From positions 1 to 43,922 of IMG/VR virus record IMGVR_UViG_3300045988_002593: a stretch of 43,922 bases of DNA. The stretch is one strand, 5' to 3'. Shown here one piece after another: positions 17,028 through 27,277 of this stretch. A model generated the notes under the pieces. The model was not told the DNA's origin and did not search any database. It was given only the letters and a program-made list of their open reading frames with translations. The stretch comes from a virus (taxonomy: Duplodnaviria > Heunggongvirae > Uroviricota > Caudoviricetes). A program made the translations under genes and the position numbers. The stretch's first letter is position 1; every line of letters starts with the position of its first letter.

Positions 17028-17056
17028 ATAGTACGCTATTATATCAGGGTGTGCAA
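17028..17056 (-). promoter_or_regulatory. Promoter, TTGCAC-17-TACTATTCA class, for the minus-strand cassette
   Basis: Minus-strand -35 TTGCAC (17051-17056), 17-bp spacer containing TATAAT, -10 TACTAT (17028-17033). Confidence 0.5.
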
Positions 17057-17163
17057 GTAGTATGTTAGAATAATTTTGCGCCTAGTGTCGCACACGAAAA
17101 GCGGGTGGTTCCCGTCTGGCGCATTTCCTTTAACCAGTAACCTCTTAACCAAAGGATTAAAGA

Positions 17164-17580
17164 ATGAAACTTTCTGATTTTTATTACGAAGCTGAAGCTG
17201 AAAAGGGTGCACGTATGCCGATACCATTAAAAGACGGTACCGATTCCGGGGAATGGCTTAATGTTGTTTCTCCTGAGGCAGACGTTGCCGTTAAGGCTAT
17301 GCGCGCGTTCACCCTTGCATACCGGGCAGTGTTAGGGAAATTAAAACCGCTTCGTGATAAGTGCGAAGAGATGAAAGATTTCTCTGAATACAACCTGAAG
17401 ATGGAAGACGCGGCGACGGACCTTAACCGTCAGTTAGCGGTTGAATTGGTTAACGGGTGGAGCCTTGACGACGAATTCAATAAAGAGAATCTGAACACAC
17501 TCCTGACGCAATATAAACGACTCGCGGAACTTGTTGTTGTGTTTCATAACGAACAACTGCACCAGCTACAGGAAAAGTAG
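17164..17580 (+). CDS. Tail assembly chaperone (G-like)
   Basis: Directly upstream of the tape measure gene; followed by a -1-frame ORF. Confidence 0.55.
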   Translation: MKLSDFYYEAEAEKGARMPIPLKDGTDSGEWLNVVSPEADVAVKAMRAFTLAYRAVLGKLKPLRDKCEEMKDFSEYNLKMEDAATDLNRQLAVELVNGWSLDDEFNKENLNTLLTQYKRLAELVVVFHNEQLHQLQEK

Positions 17581-17585
17581 ACGCG

Positions 17586-17945
17586 TTGCTCCAGTTCGCC
17601 CGTTGGAACTTCATAACCCGCCACAAACGGCGGGAATTTGACAGTATCGCCGATGGGCATAAAGCCGCGCTAATTGCTATGGGGGTTATGCAAGACGCGC
17701 CGGACGCAACGCAGGCCACTGGGCCGGAATGCCCCCCTGAACTACTAACCACATTTGAGAAGTACAGGGAAATTAAATTCACCCGCCGAGTGGACGACGA
17801 CGGCATCAAGATGTACCCGCGCGAGCAATTACGATGGTCAGATTTAGTGGCGTACAGCACCGTTTCAGGCCAGAATATAGGGATGTTCGAATCTGACATC
17901 ATCATGAGCTTAGACGCTATTTTCGAGGGTAGAAACGATGGCTGA
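17586..17945 (+). CDS. Tail assembly chaperone frameshift extension (T-like), probably made as a G-T fusion
   Basis: Open in the -1 frame from 17550; candidate slip site GGAAAAG at 17571-17577 just before the G stop; overlaps the tape measure start. Confidence 0.45.
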   Translation: MLQFARWNFITRHKRREFDSIADGHKAALIAMGVMQDAPDATQATGPECPPELLTTFEKYREIKFTRRVDDDGIKMYPREQLRWSDLVAYSTVSGQNIGMFESDIIMSLDAIFEGRNDG

Positions 17946-20277
17946 TGTAGCTAGTTTAGTCGTAAAAGTATCAGAGCAAGGCGCGAAAGCCACATCAGAC
18001 CGTCTTGATAATCTTTCAAAGTCCGCAAAAGTAGCGGGGGCCGCCGTAGCAGGCCTCGCTTCTATCGTAGCGGCTACCGCGTATAAAGCCGCCCAAGAAC
18101 TAGTTGACTCACAGCGGCAACTGGACAAGATGTCCGCCAGTTTGAAGACCTTAACCGGAAGTACCCAAGGTGCTAAACAGGCGCTAAGTATCCTGCAAGA
18201 TTTTGCACGCGACACCCCATACGGACTGGAGCAGGCGGTGGAAGGCTTCCGTAAGCTGGTGGCCCTTGGCCTTACCCCATCCGAGGAGGCGTTGCGGTCC
18301 TACGGCAATACCGCATCGGCTATGGGTAAGGACCTTAATCAGATGATTGAGGCGGTAGCCGACGCCAGTACGTTTGAGTTCGAACGCCTCAAAGAATTCG
18401 GCATCAAAGCCAAGCAGAACAAAACCGACGTAGAGTTTACGTTCCAGGGAACGACAACCGTAGTTAAGAAAAGCGCTGCCGATATTGAGCAGTATTTACT
18501 TAACATTGGTAACGTAAATTTTGCGGGGGCTATGGCGGACCAGGCCAACACCCTTAACGGCGCTATCGCGAGTGCCAGTGACTCATGGTCGCAGCTAAAA
18601 ATGACGCTTGCCACCAGTCTTGATGTTGGCGCACTTGCTGAACCTATCAGGTATATCGATGACTTGATTCAGGAATTAAACGCGTCTGTTGCTTCCGGTG
18701 AATTAGCCGCTGAAATGCAGATGTGGGGGAACATCGCGTCGGAAGTAGGAAGCGCTATCGAGATGTCATTCGACGCTGCGTTTGGCTTTGTTGGCGATGC
18801 CATCAACGGGCTTAATGAACTGTGGGATTTCAGCAGCAAGAGTATTACGGATAGCGGAGAACAAACGGCTACTACCATCGCTGAATCCGCCGCCGATGCG
18901 CTTGACTTCATCGCGGAAGAGTTCACCGCGATGGAGAGATTCTTTGAAGATATGGTTAAAGGCGCGCAGGACGCGGGCCGTCTTGTACGAGCCGCTTTTA
19001 CCCCCGGGGAATCAGTAGACGTAGCTAAAAATATCAACTTCCAGCTTGGCCTGGCTTTGGATACCCAGCGCGATGTCACCGACGTTACGCGTAAAAGTTT
19101 CCGCGAACAGGTAGAAGCTCAACAGGATATTGTAGCGTTAAAACGCGCGGCGTATGACATCGATAAGGAGTCCGCAAAAGCTGAGGGGTTAAACAAATTT
19201 AAGGTAACCGGAACTGGCGGCGGTTCTGACGATGACGGGTCAGCCGCAAAAGCCGCTAAGAAAGCGGCGGACGCGTTCGAGCGCCAGAAAAAAGCGGCGG
19301 AAGACTTCTACTATCAGTCAATCCATCTTAATGATGACGTATTTCAGAAAATAGAAGCTAACCAGGAAGAGCAACTGTCTAAGTTGCAGGACTTCTATAG
19401 CAATAAGCTTCTTAGCGACCAACAGTACGAAAACGCCAAGACGCAGATTATGTTATCCGCGGAACAGGCCCGCCAGGAAGAACTGGATAAGAAAAGGAAG
19501 GAGGCCCAGGAGAATCAGCAGAAAGGCGAGGATTTCATGGCTCAGATTATGGGTCAGAACGCCACCGAGCTTGAGCTTCTGGATATTCAGGAACAGCAGA
19601 AACTGGCAGTAGCCGATAAGTACCGTGAACAGGGTCTTATTAGCGAGAAGCAGTATCAGGCCGCGCTTAACGCCATCAACGAGCAGTACGCCACGAAGCG
19701 TGCCGACGCAACGGCAACGGCCTTCGGTAACATGGCCTCAAACATCGGTTCGGCTTTGGGCGAGGCTTCTGGCGCGTACAAGGCATTCGCTATCGTGCAG
19801 GCCACTATAGCCACGTACACCGCGGCTATTGAGGCGTATAAGTCAACAGCGGCTATCCCTGTAGTTGGCCCGTTCCTGGCTCCTGTAGCTGCCGCTGCTG
19901 CCGTTGGGGCGGGTATGGCGCAGATTTCCGCTATCAGGTCCGCACGTGAACAGGGCGGACAGTTATCCGCGGGGCAGGCTTCAACCATCGCCGAACGCGG
20001 TAAACCAGAAGTTATCATGCCCGCTGGTGCGTCACGTGTACGCACCGCACAGCAGATGAAAGAAATTATGGGGCAAAACGGGTCTTCTTCCGGCCCATCT
20101 AATGTTACTATCGTAAATAACACGAGTTCTCAAATAGGCAACGTATCCACTGAGCAAGATGATGAAGGCCGTTTGCGTATCATCATCGAGGAGCAAGTGG
20201 CTGCCTCTTTGCAGAACAGTAACAGTAAGATTAGCAAGGCCCGCAAGGCCACAAGAAATGCGCCGGGGTTCAAATAA
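17938..20277 (+). CDS. Tail tape measure protein
   Basis: 779-aa Ala/Gln/Glu-rich helical protein following the chaperone pair. Confidence 0.8.
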   Translation: MADVASLVVKVSEQGAKATSDRLDNLSKSAKVAGAAVAGLASIVAATAYKAAQELVDSQRQLDKMSASLKTLTGSTQGAKQALSILQDFARDTPYGLEQAVEGFRKLVALGLTPSEEALRSYGNTASAMGKDLNQMIEAVADASTFEFERLKEFGIKAKQNKTDVEFTFQGTTTVVKKSAADIEQYLLNIGNVNFAGAMADQANTLNGAIASASDSWSQLKMTLATSLDVGALAEPIRYIDDLIQELNASVASGELAAEMQMWGNIASEVGSAIEMSFDAAFGFVGDAINGLNELWDFSSKSITDSGEQTATTIAESAADALDFIAEEFTAMERFFEDMVKGAQDAGRLVRAAFTPGESVDVAKNINFQLGLALDTQRDVTDVTRKSFREQVEAQQDIVALKRAAYDIDKESAKAEGLNKFKVTGTGGGSDDDGSAAKAAKKAADAFERQKKAAEDFYYQSIHLNDDVFQKIEANQEEQLSKLQDFYSNKLLSDQQYENAKTQIMLSAEQARQEELDKKRKEAQENQQKGEDFMAQIMGQNATELELLDIQEQQKLAVADKYREQGLISEKQYQAALNAINEQYATKRADATATAFGNMASNIGSALGEASGAYKAFAIVQATIATYTAAIEAYKSTAAIPVVGPFLAPVAAAAAVGAGMAQISAIRSAREQGGQLSAGQASTIAERGKPEVIMPAGASRVRTAQQMKEIMGQNGSSSGPSNVTIVNNTSSQIGNVSTEQDDEGRLRIIIEEQVAASLQNSNSKISKARKATRNAPGFK

Positions 20278-21674
20278 TGACCGAATTATATTTCCCACGT
20301 AGCCTTAAGCCGGTGGTGTCGAAAGGCTACTCAATGACCAGACGTAACAACGTCTGGAGCGTAGATTTAGCCGGTGGCGGGGTGCGTCAGGGCCGTGACA
20401 CGTATTATGACGTGTTCCCGGTAAGCGTAACCCTGATTACATCGGCGCTGGGTCGGCAGGCGTTTCTGTCGTTCCTTGAGAAAGTCGACGGTGGTGCGTC
20501 GAGTTTCTGGATGGCGCACGACTTCGGCATGGGTATTGAGGACTACCAGGTGACAATCACGTCCACCATTGCGGAGTCCACTGAAGACGGGATTAACTGG
20601 ACGATTACTTTCACGGCAACCGCTGAGAAATCACCGTTCCAGGACCAAGAGAACCAGTGCCTGATTAACAATCTTCCAGATTTGTACGGTTGTTACGGGG
20701 ATTGTCTGGGTAGTTTCCTGAAAATATACGCGAACTACGAAACTACGTTCCCGCGCATCTGGAGCAATGAAGGGCCTGCCGGGTATCCACCGATTAACCT
20801 TCTGGCGTCGACTCTTGATAGCCGCATTGTTTACGATGGGCCACAGGTTTACTACATCAACCGAAATGGCAATCTTGTGCAGTCCGCCGCCAATGAATGG
20901 CCTCTTACGTTCATTGATGGTGTTGCGGTCGGGCGTGTGCCGCCAGAATCCACATCCAGCAATATCCTGATTAAATCGTCGAAATTATCTGACGCATCGT
21001 GGGCTAAAACTAGAGCAACAGTGTCGGACGCAGTTGACGGATTTCTAAACGGCGGTACGTTCTCACTAGTCCCGACCCAGACAAACGACAGCCATCTCGC
21101 ATATCAATCGGTGTCTTCCGCTTTTGCGGAGGGTGATGTATACACTCTCAGTTACGTTGCTAAGGCATATGGTTATAATTATGCGAGACTTCGCGCCGCT
21201 GATGATGCTGGGTTTATCGCGGATTGTGTTGCTAACTTATCGACAGGGGTTATTTACGCGGGCGCCCCCGGCAGCGATATAGCAGAGCTTGGCGATGGTT
21301 GGTATCGATTTACAGAAACGGTAGCTATACGCCAGGGCGGCGCATCTTCTCTGCTTTTAGCGTCATGGGTGTACAACAACTCCGCCGTTGGTTCATTTGT
21401 CGGTGACGGGGTTAGTGGGATATTAGTGTGCGCGATGCAAATAGAAAAATCACCTTTTGCCACGTCGCCAATAGTAACCGAATCGTCACCGGTAACCCGA
21501 ACGACGGCATCGGCAAAAGTAGTAATGAACGGTGCAACAAGCATTGATATTACATATTCAGACGGCTCTGTGGTAAACGTTCCGTCTGTTGACGGTTACG
21601 CCGCCATCCCTCAAGCAGACTCTGCGTGGGGAAGCAAGTACATCACCCGTATTGATTTTAATGTGGACAGTTAA
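20277..21674 (+). CDS. Minor tail protein (distal tail / M-like)
   Basis: Position directly after the tape measure; start overlaps its stop (TAATG). Confidence 0.5.
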   Translation: MTELYFPRSLKPVVSKGYSMTRRNNVWSVDLAGGGVRQGRDTYYDVFPVSVTLITSALGRQAFLSFLEKVDGGASSFWMAHDFGMGIEDYQVTITSTIAESTEDGINWTITFTATAEKSPFQDQENQCLINNLPDLYGCYGDCLGSFLKIYANYETTFPRIWSNEGPAGYPPINLLASTLDSRIVYDGPQVYYINRNGNLVQSAANEWPLTFIDGVAVGRVPPESTSSNILIKSSKLSDASWAKTRATVSDAVDGFLNGGTFSLVPTQTNDSHLAYQSVSSAFAEGDVYTLSYVAKAYGYNYARLRAADDAGFIADCVANLSTGVIYAGAPGSDIAELGDGWYRFTETVAIRQGGASSLLLASWVYNNSAVGSFVGDGVSGILVCAMQIEKSPFATSPIVTESSPVTRTTASAKVVMNGATSIDITYSDGSVVNVPSVDGYAAIPQADSAWGSKYITRIDFNVDS

Positions 21675-21677
21675 CTT

Positions 21678-22193
21678 ATGAGCCAGGAATCAGTAGAAGC
21701 CGCCTATCGCCGTAAGCTGGCCTCCAACCCCGACGGCGAGATGGACTACATCACGTTGCAAATCAGCCACCCGTTGCTGTCTAAGACGTACTATCTTGTG
21801 CGCGGGTTACAGGAACTCACGGCAACACTGGAGACAGGCGAAATTATCACGTTCGAGCCAACCCCGATGGAGGCGTCGGGGGCGGCTAACAACAGTGATA
21901 TGGACCAGACGACTACGTTTACTTTACCGGATATTCTCAATCAACTTGACGATGAGATGGATAAAATCCCTATGAGTAACACCGAGTTGCCGAAGTTCGT
22001 CTTCCGTCGTTACGTCAGCACAGACCTGTCTTATCCGGCTGACGGTCCTGTCATGTATGAGTTGCAGGCCATCAACCAGGAGAAGGGCGAGTTCTCCGCG
22101 GATGTTGGTACACCTATGCTGAACCAGCGAAGCACTGGTATACTGATGACACCTAAAGAGATACCGTTATTACGCGGCCTGTTGACCACATGA
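21678..22193 (+). CDS. Minor tail protein (L-like)
   Basis: Gene order in the tail tip cluster. Confidence 0.45.
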   Translation: MSQESVEAAYRRKLASNPDGEMDYITLQISHPLLSKTYYLVRGLQELTATLETGEIITFEPTPMEASGAANNSDMDQTTTFTLPDILNQLDDEMDKIPMSNTELPKFVFRRYVSTDLSYPADGPVMYELQAINQEKGEFSADVGTPMLNQRSTGILMTPKEIPLLRGLLTT

Positions 22194-22555
22194 ATATTAA
22201 CGACTACACGGGCATACCTTACGACTTTCGCAAGCGCAATTGCTGGCATCACGTGCGCATTGTCCGCGCGGATGCCGGGTTAGAAACCCCTGCGTTCGAC
22301 GTTACAAGCCCAACGGCAATTAACGAAGCGTTTGACGAAGGCCACCGTGACACGAAGGGGCTTACAAAAATTGATAAGCCTGAAAACTTCTGCGCGGTGC
22401 TTATGGGTTATCGCCGCGGGGGTCGTATCGTGTGGCACGCTGGAGTTTACTTCGACGGGATGGTGAGTCATTGCGAGCTTGCATCCCGTCAGGTACGGCT
22501 TGACAGGCTGGTGGACCTCAGAGACACGTACACGGAGATTGAATTTTGGCGATAA
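22190..22555 (+). CDS. Tail assembly protein with NlpC/P60-like Cys/His motif (K-like)
   Basis: Motif NCWHH then H...GVYFDGMVSHCE; position before the large tail tip gene. Confidence 0.5.
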   Translation: MNINDYTGIPYDFRKRNCWHHVRIVRADAGLETPAFDVTSPTAINEAFDEGHRDTKGLTKIDKPENFCAVLMGYRRGGRIVWHAGVYFDGMVSHCELASRQVRLDRLVDLRDTYTEIEFWR

Positions 22556-25113
22556 TCCTGCACTACACGCGAAACGCTGAAGGCGCTTTCGACCGTACAA
22601 AACACGTCGGGATGCCGATGGAGTTTGTCGTTAACCGTATTCCCTACGGCGTGCCTGTGCGCGTCTATCTCGGTGAGATTGGCGATGATACAGATGTAAC
22701 AGACGACTTCAATGCGCTCAAAGACGAGGACGCCGTGTACCACATTATCGAGGGTGCAGGCGGTGGTATCGGCGACGCTATCGGTAGTGTATTCAGTTTC
22801 ATCCTTAAGCCAATTGCCAAATTGTTCGGGCTAAACACAGCAGCTAACGCTAATTATTCCGCTACCAACAATCAGGCTACGTCGCCTAACAACAGTCTTA
22901 CTGACCGCTCGAACAAGCCACGACCTTATGAACGTTCTTATGACATCTGCGGGACAGTGCAGACTATACCCAATGACCTGATGCAGACGTATAAGGTGTT
23001 TAACGCCACGGGGGCGCTTATTGAATATGCGTACTATGACGCCGGTCGAGGGTATCTGCATATTGAGGAAGACGGTGTAACTGAGGCAGATACCCGAATC
23101 AGCGAGATAACTGGCTCGTCGGTGACGGTGTATTCTCCTTACACTTCGCTGAATAACACCAGCACACCACAATTGCATATCGGCGACCCTATAGACCAGA
23201 AATTGTACGTTACATTTAAAAACGCCGATGTCGATGGCGCTGTTCTTCCCGCCCCTAATGATATCGCTATAGACGTGCAGGACTACACTGTCCAGCGGCA
23301 GGGAACAACCGGCGTTGTAGTAGGCGATGACGCTGGTTTCGATGAGTTTTTGGCGGTCGGGGACCTGGCATACTTCGATAACGTATATGCAGATACAACC
23401 CCAGGGTCTTTGGGTAATGAGGTTAACCTGGACGGGAGGTACACGGTTCTTTCTGTTAGTGAAACGACCCTTATTGTGGACGTCAGTACAAATCAATCAA
23501 TATGGAACCAGCTAGGAACATCTGTATGGTTTATAGGTGAAGAGGGCAACCATCTTATAGGCCCGGCGGATACTTACGCGGCTTCCCTCTCTGAATGGGC
23601 GTACATCACCCGCGGAACCGTCGACCGTGTTGTAGCCAATGTGGCTGCCAGCAACGGCATGTACAAATACAACGGCGACTATAACCGCGCTTCAGTGACA
23701 GTCGAACTGCAATACCAGATGGTAGATGAATTGAAACAGCCTGTAGGTGACATATTTACCGTACGAGGAACCGTAACAGGCCGGAACACGGATTACACAG
23801 GGATTACTCTTTACGGAAGTTTACCAACTGCTTCCAGATTCCGCGCCCGTATGCGTCGTGTTTCGGACACCGATAAAGATTTTGAAGGTACTGTTAGCGA
23901 CGAGGTTACTTTCACTAATCTGTATGGGCAGTCGCTGGACACAACCCCCCACTACGGCAACCGTACTACCGTACACTGCGCCCGTAAACAAACCCCACGT
24001 GCAGCCGAGGTGTCCGAACCGGAACTGCGCATGATTGCAACCGAGATGTGCTACAAATACTTAGGTAACGGCGTATTCGATACAGTAATGACACCGAACA
24101 CTCAGGCCGTGCAGTCGCTAATCAGGCTGGCGCGTGACCCTGTGGTGGGTAATCTGGAACTGACAACGGCAAATATGGACAAGTTACTTGCCGTGCAGGA
24201 AGAAATTGAGTCGTATTTTGACAGTGAATTAGCCGGGCAGTTCTGCTACACATTCGACGACTACGACACAACCATGCAAGACATCGTTCAGACCATCGCG
24301 GAAGCCGTGTTTTGTACGGCATACCGTAAAGGTGCTGATATTATGCTGCGATTCGACCGTCCTGTTGCGGGGCCTGAGATGGTTTTCACCCACCGCAGCA
24401 AAACGACCGGTACGGAGAAATGGACGCGCACGTTCAACGATTCGACAACCTACGATAGCCTGTCGTTCTCGTACATTGACCCGGATACAAACGTACAGGA
24501 GACGATTTATATCCCGGAAGAACTCGGCGCGAACACCGAGGAGTACGAATCGAAGGGTGTACGTAACTATCAGCAAGCGTACTGGCTGGCGTGGCGTCGC
24601 TACCAGCGCAACACGTTAAGTAAAGTTGTCGTAGAGTTCGAAGCTACCGAAGAAGGCGCTCTCGCTACTCCCGGCGGCGTAATCAGTGTGGTTAAAGGCT
24701 CGCGTATCGCGCCGCAGGATGGTTATGTTGTTGCCGTCAATGGCCTTACGCTGACGCTGTCTCAGCCTGTTACGTTTACTCCTGGTGATGACCATTCCAT
24801 CATTCTTAAGAAGCGCGACGGCTCTGTGCAGAGTATTTCTGTTATCAAAGGAAGCCACGACCGCGAAGTGATTATGCTCTCCGCGCCGGAGGAGGCAATC
24901 TACACGGGGAATAGTGCGCTAAAAACTGAGTTTTCATTCGGCAACGAAGCAAGGCATAATGCTCAGAAGATAGTTGTTTCTTCAATCGACCCCGGCGACG
25001 ACCGCACGGTCAAGATTACGGGCTACAACTATGATGACGGATTCTATAAATACGACGGCGTCGCGCCATACGGCAGCGGTTTCTCCGACGGATTCAGCAA
25101 TGGTTTTAATTAA
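22546..25113 (+). CDS. Tail tip / central fibre host specificity protein (J-like)
   Basis: 855-aa ORF after the K-like gene; start uncertain (TTG at 22546 or ATG at 22612). Confidence 0.6.
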   Translation: MAIILHYTRNAEGAFDRTKHVGMPMEFVVNRIPYGVPVRVYLGEIGDDTDVTDDFNALKDEDAVYHIIEGAGGGIGDAIGSVFSFILKPIAKLFGLNTAANANYSATNNQATSPNNSLTDRSNKPRPYERSYDICGTVQTIPNDLMQTYKVFNATGALIEYAYYDAGRGYLHIEEDGVTEADTRISEITGSSVTVYSPYTSLNNTSTPQLHIGDPIDQKLYVTFKNADVDGAVLPAPNDIAIDVQDYTVQRQGTTGVVVGDDAGFDEFLAVGDLAYFDNVYADTTPGSLGNEVNLDGRYTVLSVSETTLIVDVSTNQSIWNQLGTSVWFIGEEGNHLIGPADTYAASLSEWAYITRGTVDRVVANVAASNGMYKYNGDYNRASVTVELQYQMVDELKQPVGDIFTVRGTVTGRNTDYTGITLYGSLPTASRFRARMRRVSDTDKDFEGTVSDEVTFTNLYGQSLDTTPHYGNRTTVHCARKQTPRAAEVSEPELRMIATEMCYKYLGNGVFDTVMTPNTQAVQSLIRLARDPVVGNLELTTANMDKLLAVQEEIESYFDSELAGQFCYTFDDYDTTMQDIVQTIAEAVFCTAYRKGADIMLRFDRPVAGPEMVFTHRSKTTGTEKWTRTFNDSTTYDSLSFSYIDPDTNVQETIYIPEELGANTEEYESKGVRNYQQAYWLAWRRYQRNTLSKVVVEFEATEEGALATPGGVISVVKGSRIAPQDGYVVAVNGLTLTLSQPVTFTPGDDHSIILKKRDGSVQSISVIKGSHDREVIMLSAPEEAIYTGNSALKTEFSFGNEARHNAQKIVVSSIDPGDDRTVKITGYNYDDGFYKYDGVAPYGSGFSDGFSNGFN

Positions 25114-25125
25114 AGAGGACTCTAT

Positions 25126-27111
25126 ATGTCAAGCGGATGCGGTGACGTTTTAAGCCTGGCGGATTTACAGACCGCCAAGAAACATCAGATTTTCGAGGCC
25201 GAGGTTATCACTGGCAAATCCTGCGGTGTAGCTACGGGTGCAGACATTGATTACGCAACAAATCAGGTTACCGGGCAGACGCAGAAGACGCTTCCTGCCG
25301 TGTTGCGCGACGCGGGTTTTTCTCCGGTGTCATGGGATTTCTCCACAGGCGGCACGTTAACCGTTAACGACCGGGACAAGGTGGTGTATGACCCTGTTAG
25401 CAAAACATGGTACTCGTACGCAGGTACGTTACCAGTTGTTGCCCCTGCATCGTTTAATCCAGTCGGTAACGCTAACTGGAAGCCGCAGACAGACCCAAAT
25501 TTGCGTAATGATTTGGCGTCAAGTACCGCCGGTTTAGGGGCTTCACTGGTGTCTTTTTCCAACGGTAACACCGTTGAAACATTATCTGACGCGGAAGGTG
25601 CCAAGAACATAGGCAGTGGCGAAAGGAGTTTGCTTGCACGTAACAATGATATTAAGCATTCTGGCGACTTTTCTACCCTTCAAGCCGCGGTAGATGCGTC
25701 GTTAACTAAAAACGACTTAATTGTTTCTCCGGGTGAGTATACAGAAGCAATCACTCTGGGTAGTAAGCAGATAAAAGGTGTAGGTGGTGCTGCAATATTA
25801 AAACCATCGGCAAACTATGCAAATACTGTACAGGTTAATTTATCCGCCCCGCACTGGCAGTTTCGACACAGCGGTGGTTTTGCCGTAGATGGTACAGGTA
25901 CAACTGGGGCCGTAGGTATTAGTTTTGACCCGTCAGACCAATATTCCGGACGTCATAATTTTAGTGATTTATACATCCACAACATCAACAAGGCCATTCA
26001 GAAGCCTTCCGGGAACATCGGTAATACATGGAGAAATATTGGGGTATCTACGTGTGATTGGGGGTATTACGCGATTAGTGGCTCAGAGATGCATTGCGGG
26101 GCCGATACCCTCTACAATATCCACTTCGACGGCATCTCCACCTATGCCGTCTACCTAAACGGCACTGTCGATAACGGCGGGATAGGCGGATGGTGGCTTA
26201 AAGACTCCATTATTGAGGCTTCCGGAGGCGGCGGGATATATTTAAAAAGCAAATCAGGTGACTGCCCTACATCTCCATGCGGGGTATCCAATGTATGGAC
26301 GGAAGCGATTGCAACATCATCGGCTGTTCAGGTAGACGGCGTGGCGCAAAAACCGCGAGTTCTCAAGTTGGTAGACACCGCGATATTCTTTGCTGAGTAT
26401 TCTTATCTCAACAACATCGAGCTATCCAACTCCAACTTAGTAACTTATGGTTGCCGTTTTGACAACGCCGATGGTAATCAGGATATTGTAGTGGATGCAC
26501 AAAGCACCATCGTAGCCCACGACGTGTATTTAAACGGCAGCTCTGGAAAGGACGTTATTGTAGAGTCTGTCGCGTCGCAATCCGCAACGATAGCCACTAC
26601 AAACTTGTCTCTACGAGGAAATTTAACAAGGGGACGAGTGTTTAATACGCCGACGGGGAATAAGTTAAAAGCTATCACATTTGACTCAGGTAGCCATAAT
26701 TTTTCTGGTAGCGGTACCGTTAACGGTTCGACTGTATCTGACGGACTTCACGCCGCTACATGTACCGAATTTTCATTCCCTGGGTCCGGTTTATATGAAA
26801 TGGTAGCGTCAAGAACGACACTTACATCCGGTAGATGGTACGTGTGGGGCGTCAACTCTCGCCTCCAATCAGGAACAGCAGATGTGAGTATAACGTCAGG
26901 TATTACTATGGGTAGCGTTTATACTAAGTCTGGTGAGTGGATTAGCACATTTGGGGTGGGTAAAGCTTCCGCTAACGGTACTGTAGGTCTGTACGTCTCT
27001 ACTGGGGGAGGTTCAGGTGCTGTTATCAGATTTAGTGACTTCTTCATCGCTGAGTTTACGACGCAGGCTCAGGCTTTAGCTTTCGCTAACTCCCGAATGT
27101 CGTTGGCTTAA
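25126..27111 (+). CDS. Tailspike / receptor-binding protein with beta-helix domain (possible depolymerase)
   Basis: 661 aa; Gly/Asn/Thr/Ser-rich repetitive central region typical of right-handed beta-helices; last structural gene; RBS AGAGGA. Confidence 0.6.
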   Translation: MSSGCGDVLSLADLQTAKKHQIFEAEVITGKSCGVATGADIDYATNQVTGQTQKTLPAVLRDAGFSPVSWDFSTGGTLTVNDRDKVVYDPVSKTWYSYAGTLPVVAPASFNPVGNANWKPQTDPNLRNDLASSTAGLGASLVSFSNGNTVETLSDAEGAKNIGSGERSLLARNNDIKHSGDFSTLQAAVDASLTKNDLIVSPGEYTEAITLGSKQIKGVGGAAILKPSANYANTVQVNLSAPHWQFRHSGGFAVDGTGTTGAVGISFDPSDQYSGRHNFSDLYIHNINKAIQKPSGNIGNTWRNIGVSTCDWGYYAISGSEMHCGADTLYNIHFDGISTYAVYLNGTVDNGGIGGWWLKDSIIEASGGGGIYLKSKSGDCPTSPCGVSNVWTEAIATSSAVQVDGVAQKPRVLKLVDTAIFFAEYSYLNNIELSNSNLVTYGCRFDNADGNQDIVVDAQSTIVAHDVYLNGSSGKDVIVESVASQSATIATTNLSLRGNLTRGRVFNTPTGNKLKAITFDSGSHNFSGSGTVNGSTVSDGLHAATCTEFSFPGSGLYEMVASRTTLTSGRWYVWGVNSRLQSGTADVSITSGITMGSVYTKSGEWISTFGVGKASANGTVGLYVSTGGGSGAVIRFSDFFIAEFTTQAQALAFANSRMSLA

Positions 27112-27115
27112 AACT

Positions 27116-27140
27116 AAGGCCCCAAACGGGGCCTTTTCTC
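27116..27140. terminator. Bidirectional intrinsic terminator
   Basis: AAGGCCCC/GGGGCCTT stem with AAAC loop and T-tract; between convergent modules. Confidence 0.6.
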
Positions 27141-27277
27141 TACTCTTCTGATAACTTCTCCAGTACAAACGCCAGTTGCGCATTAGCGGCGTCTCTTTGC
27201 TGACGTAGCCGCAGAACCTCTTCTTCGAGTTCCTTGATACGTTTTTGCAATGCCGGAATTGGGGCTATGATGTTCAT
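27140..27277 (-). CDS. Hypothetical small coiled-coil protein (45 aa)
   Basis: ATG overlaps the stop of the Toprim gene (ATGA); last gene of the minus-strand operon. Confidence 0.3.
   Translation of the reverse strand: MNIIAPIPALQKRIKELEEEVLRLRQQRDAANAQLAFVLEKLSEE

Noticed and set aside
22831-23496. 221-aa minus-strand ORF and other antisense ORFs inside the tail tip gene
   Set aside because: They overlap the well-supported 855-aa tail gene on the opposite strand and have no start-site context; likely non-coding.
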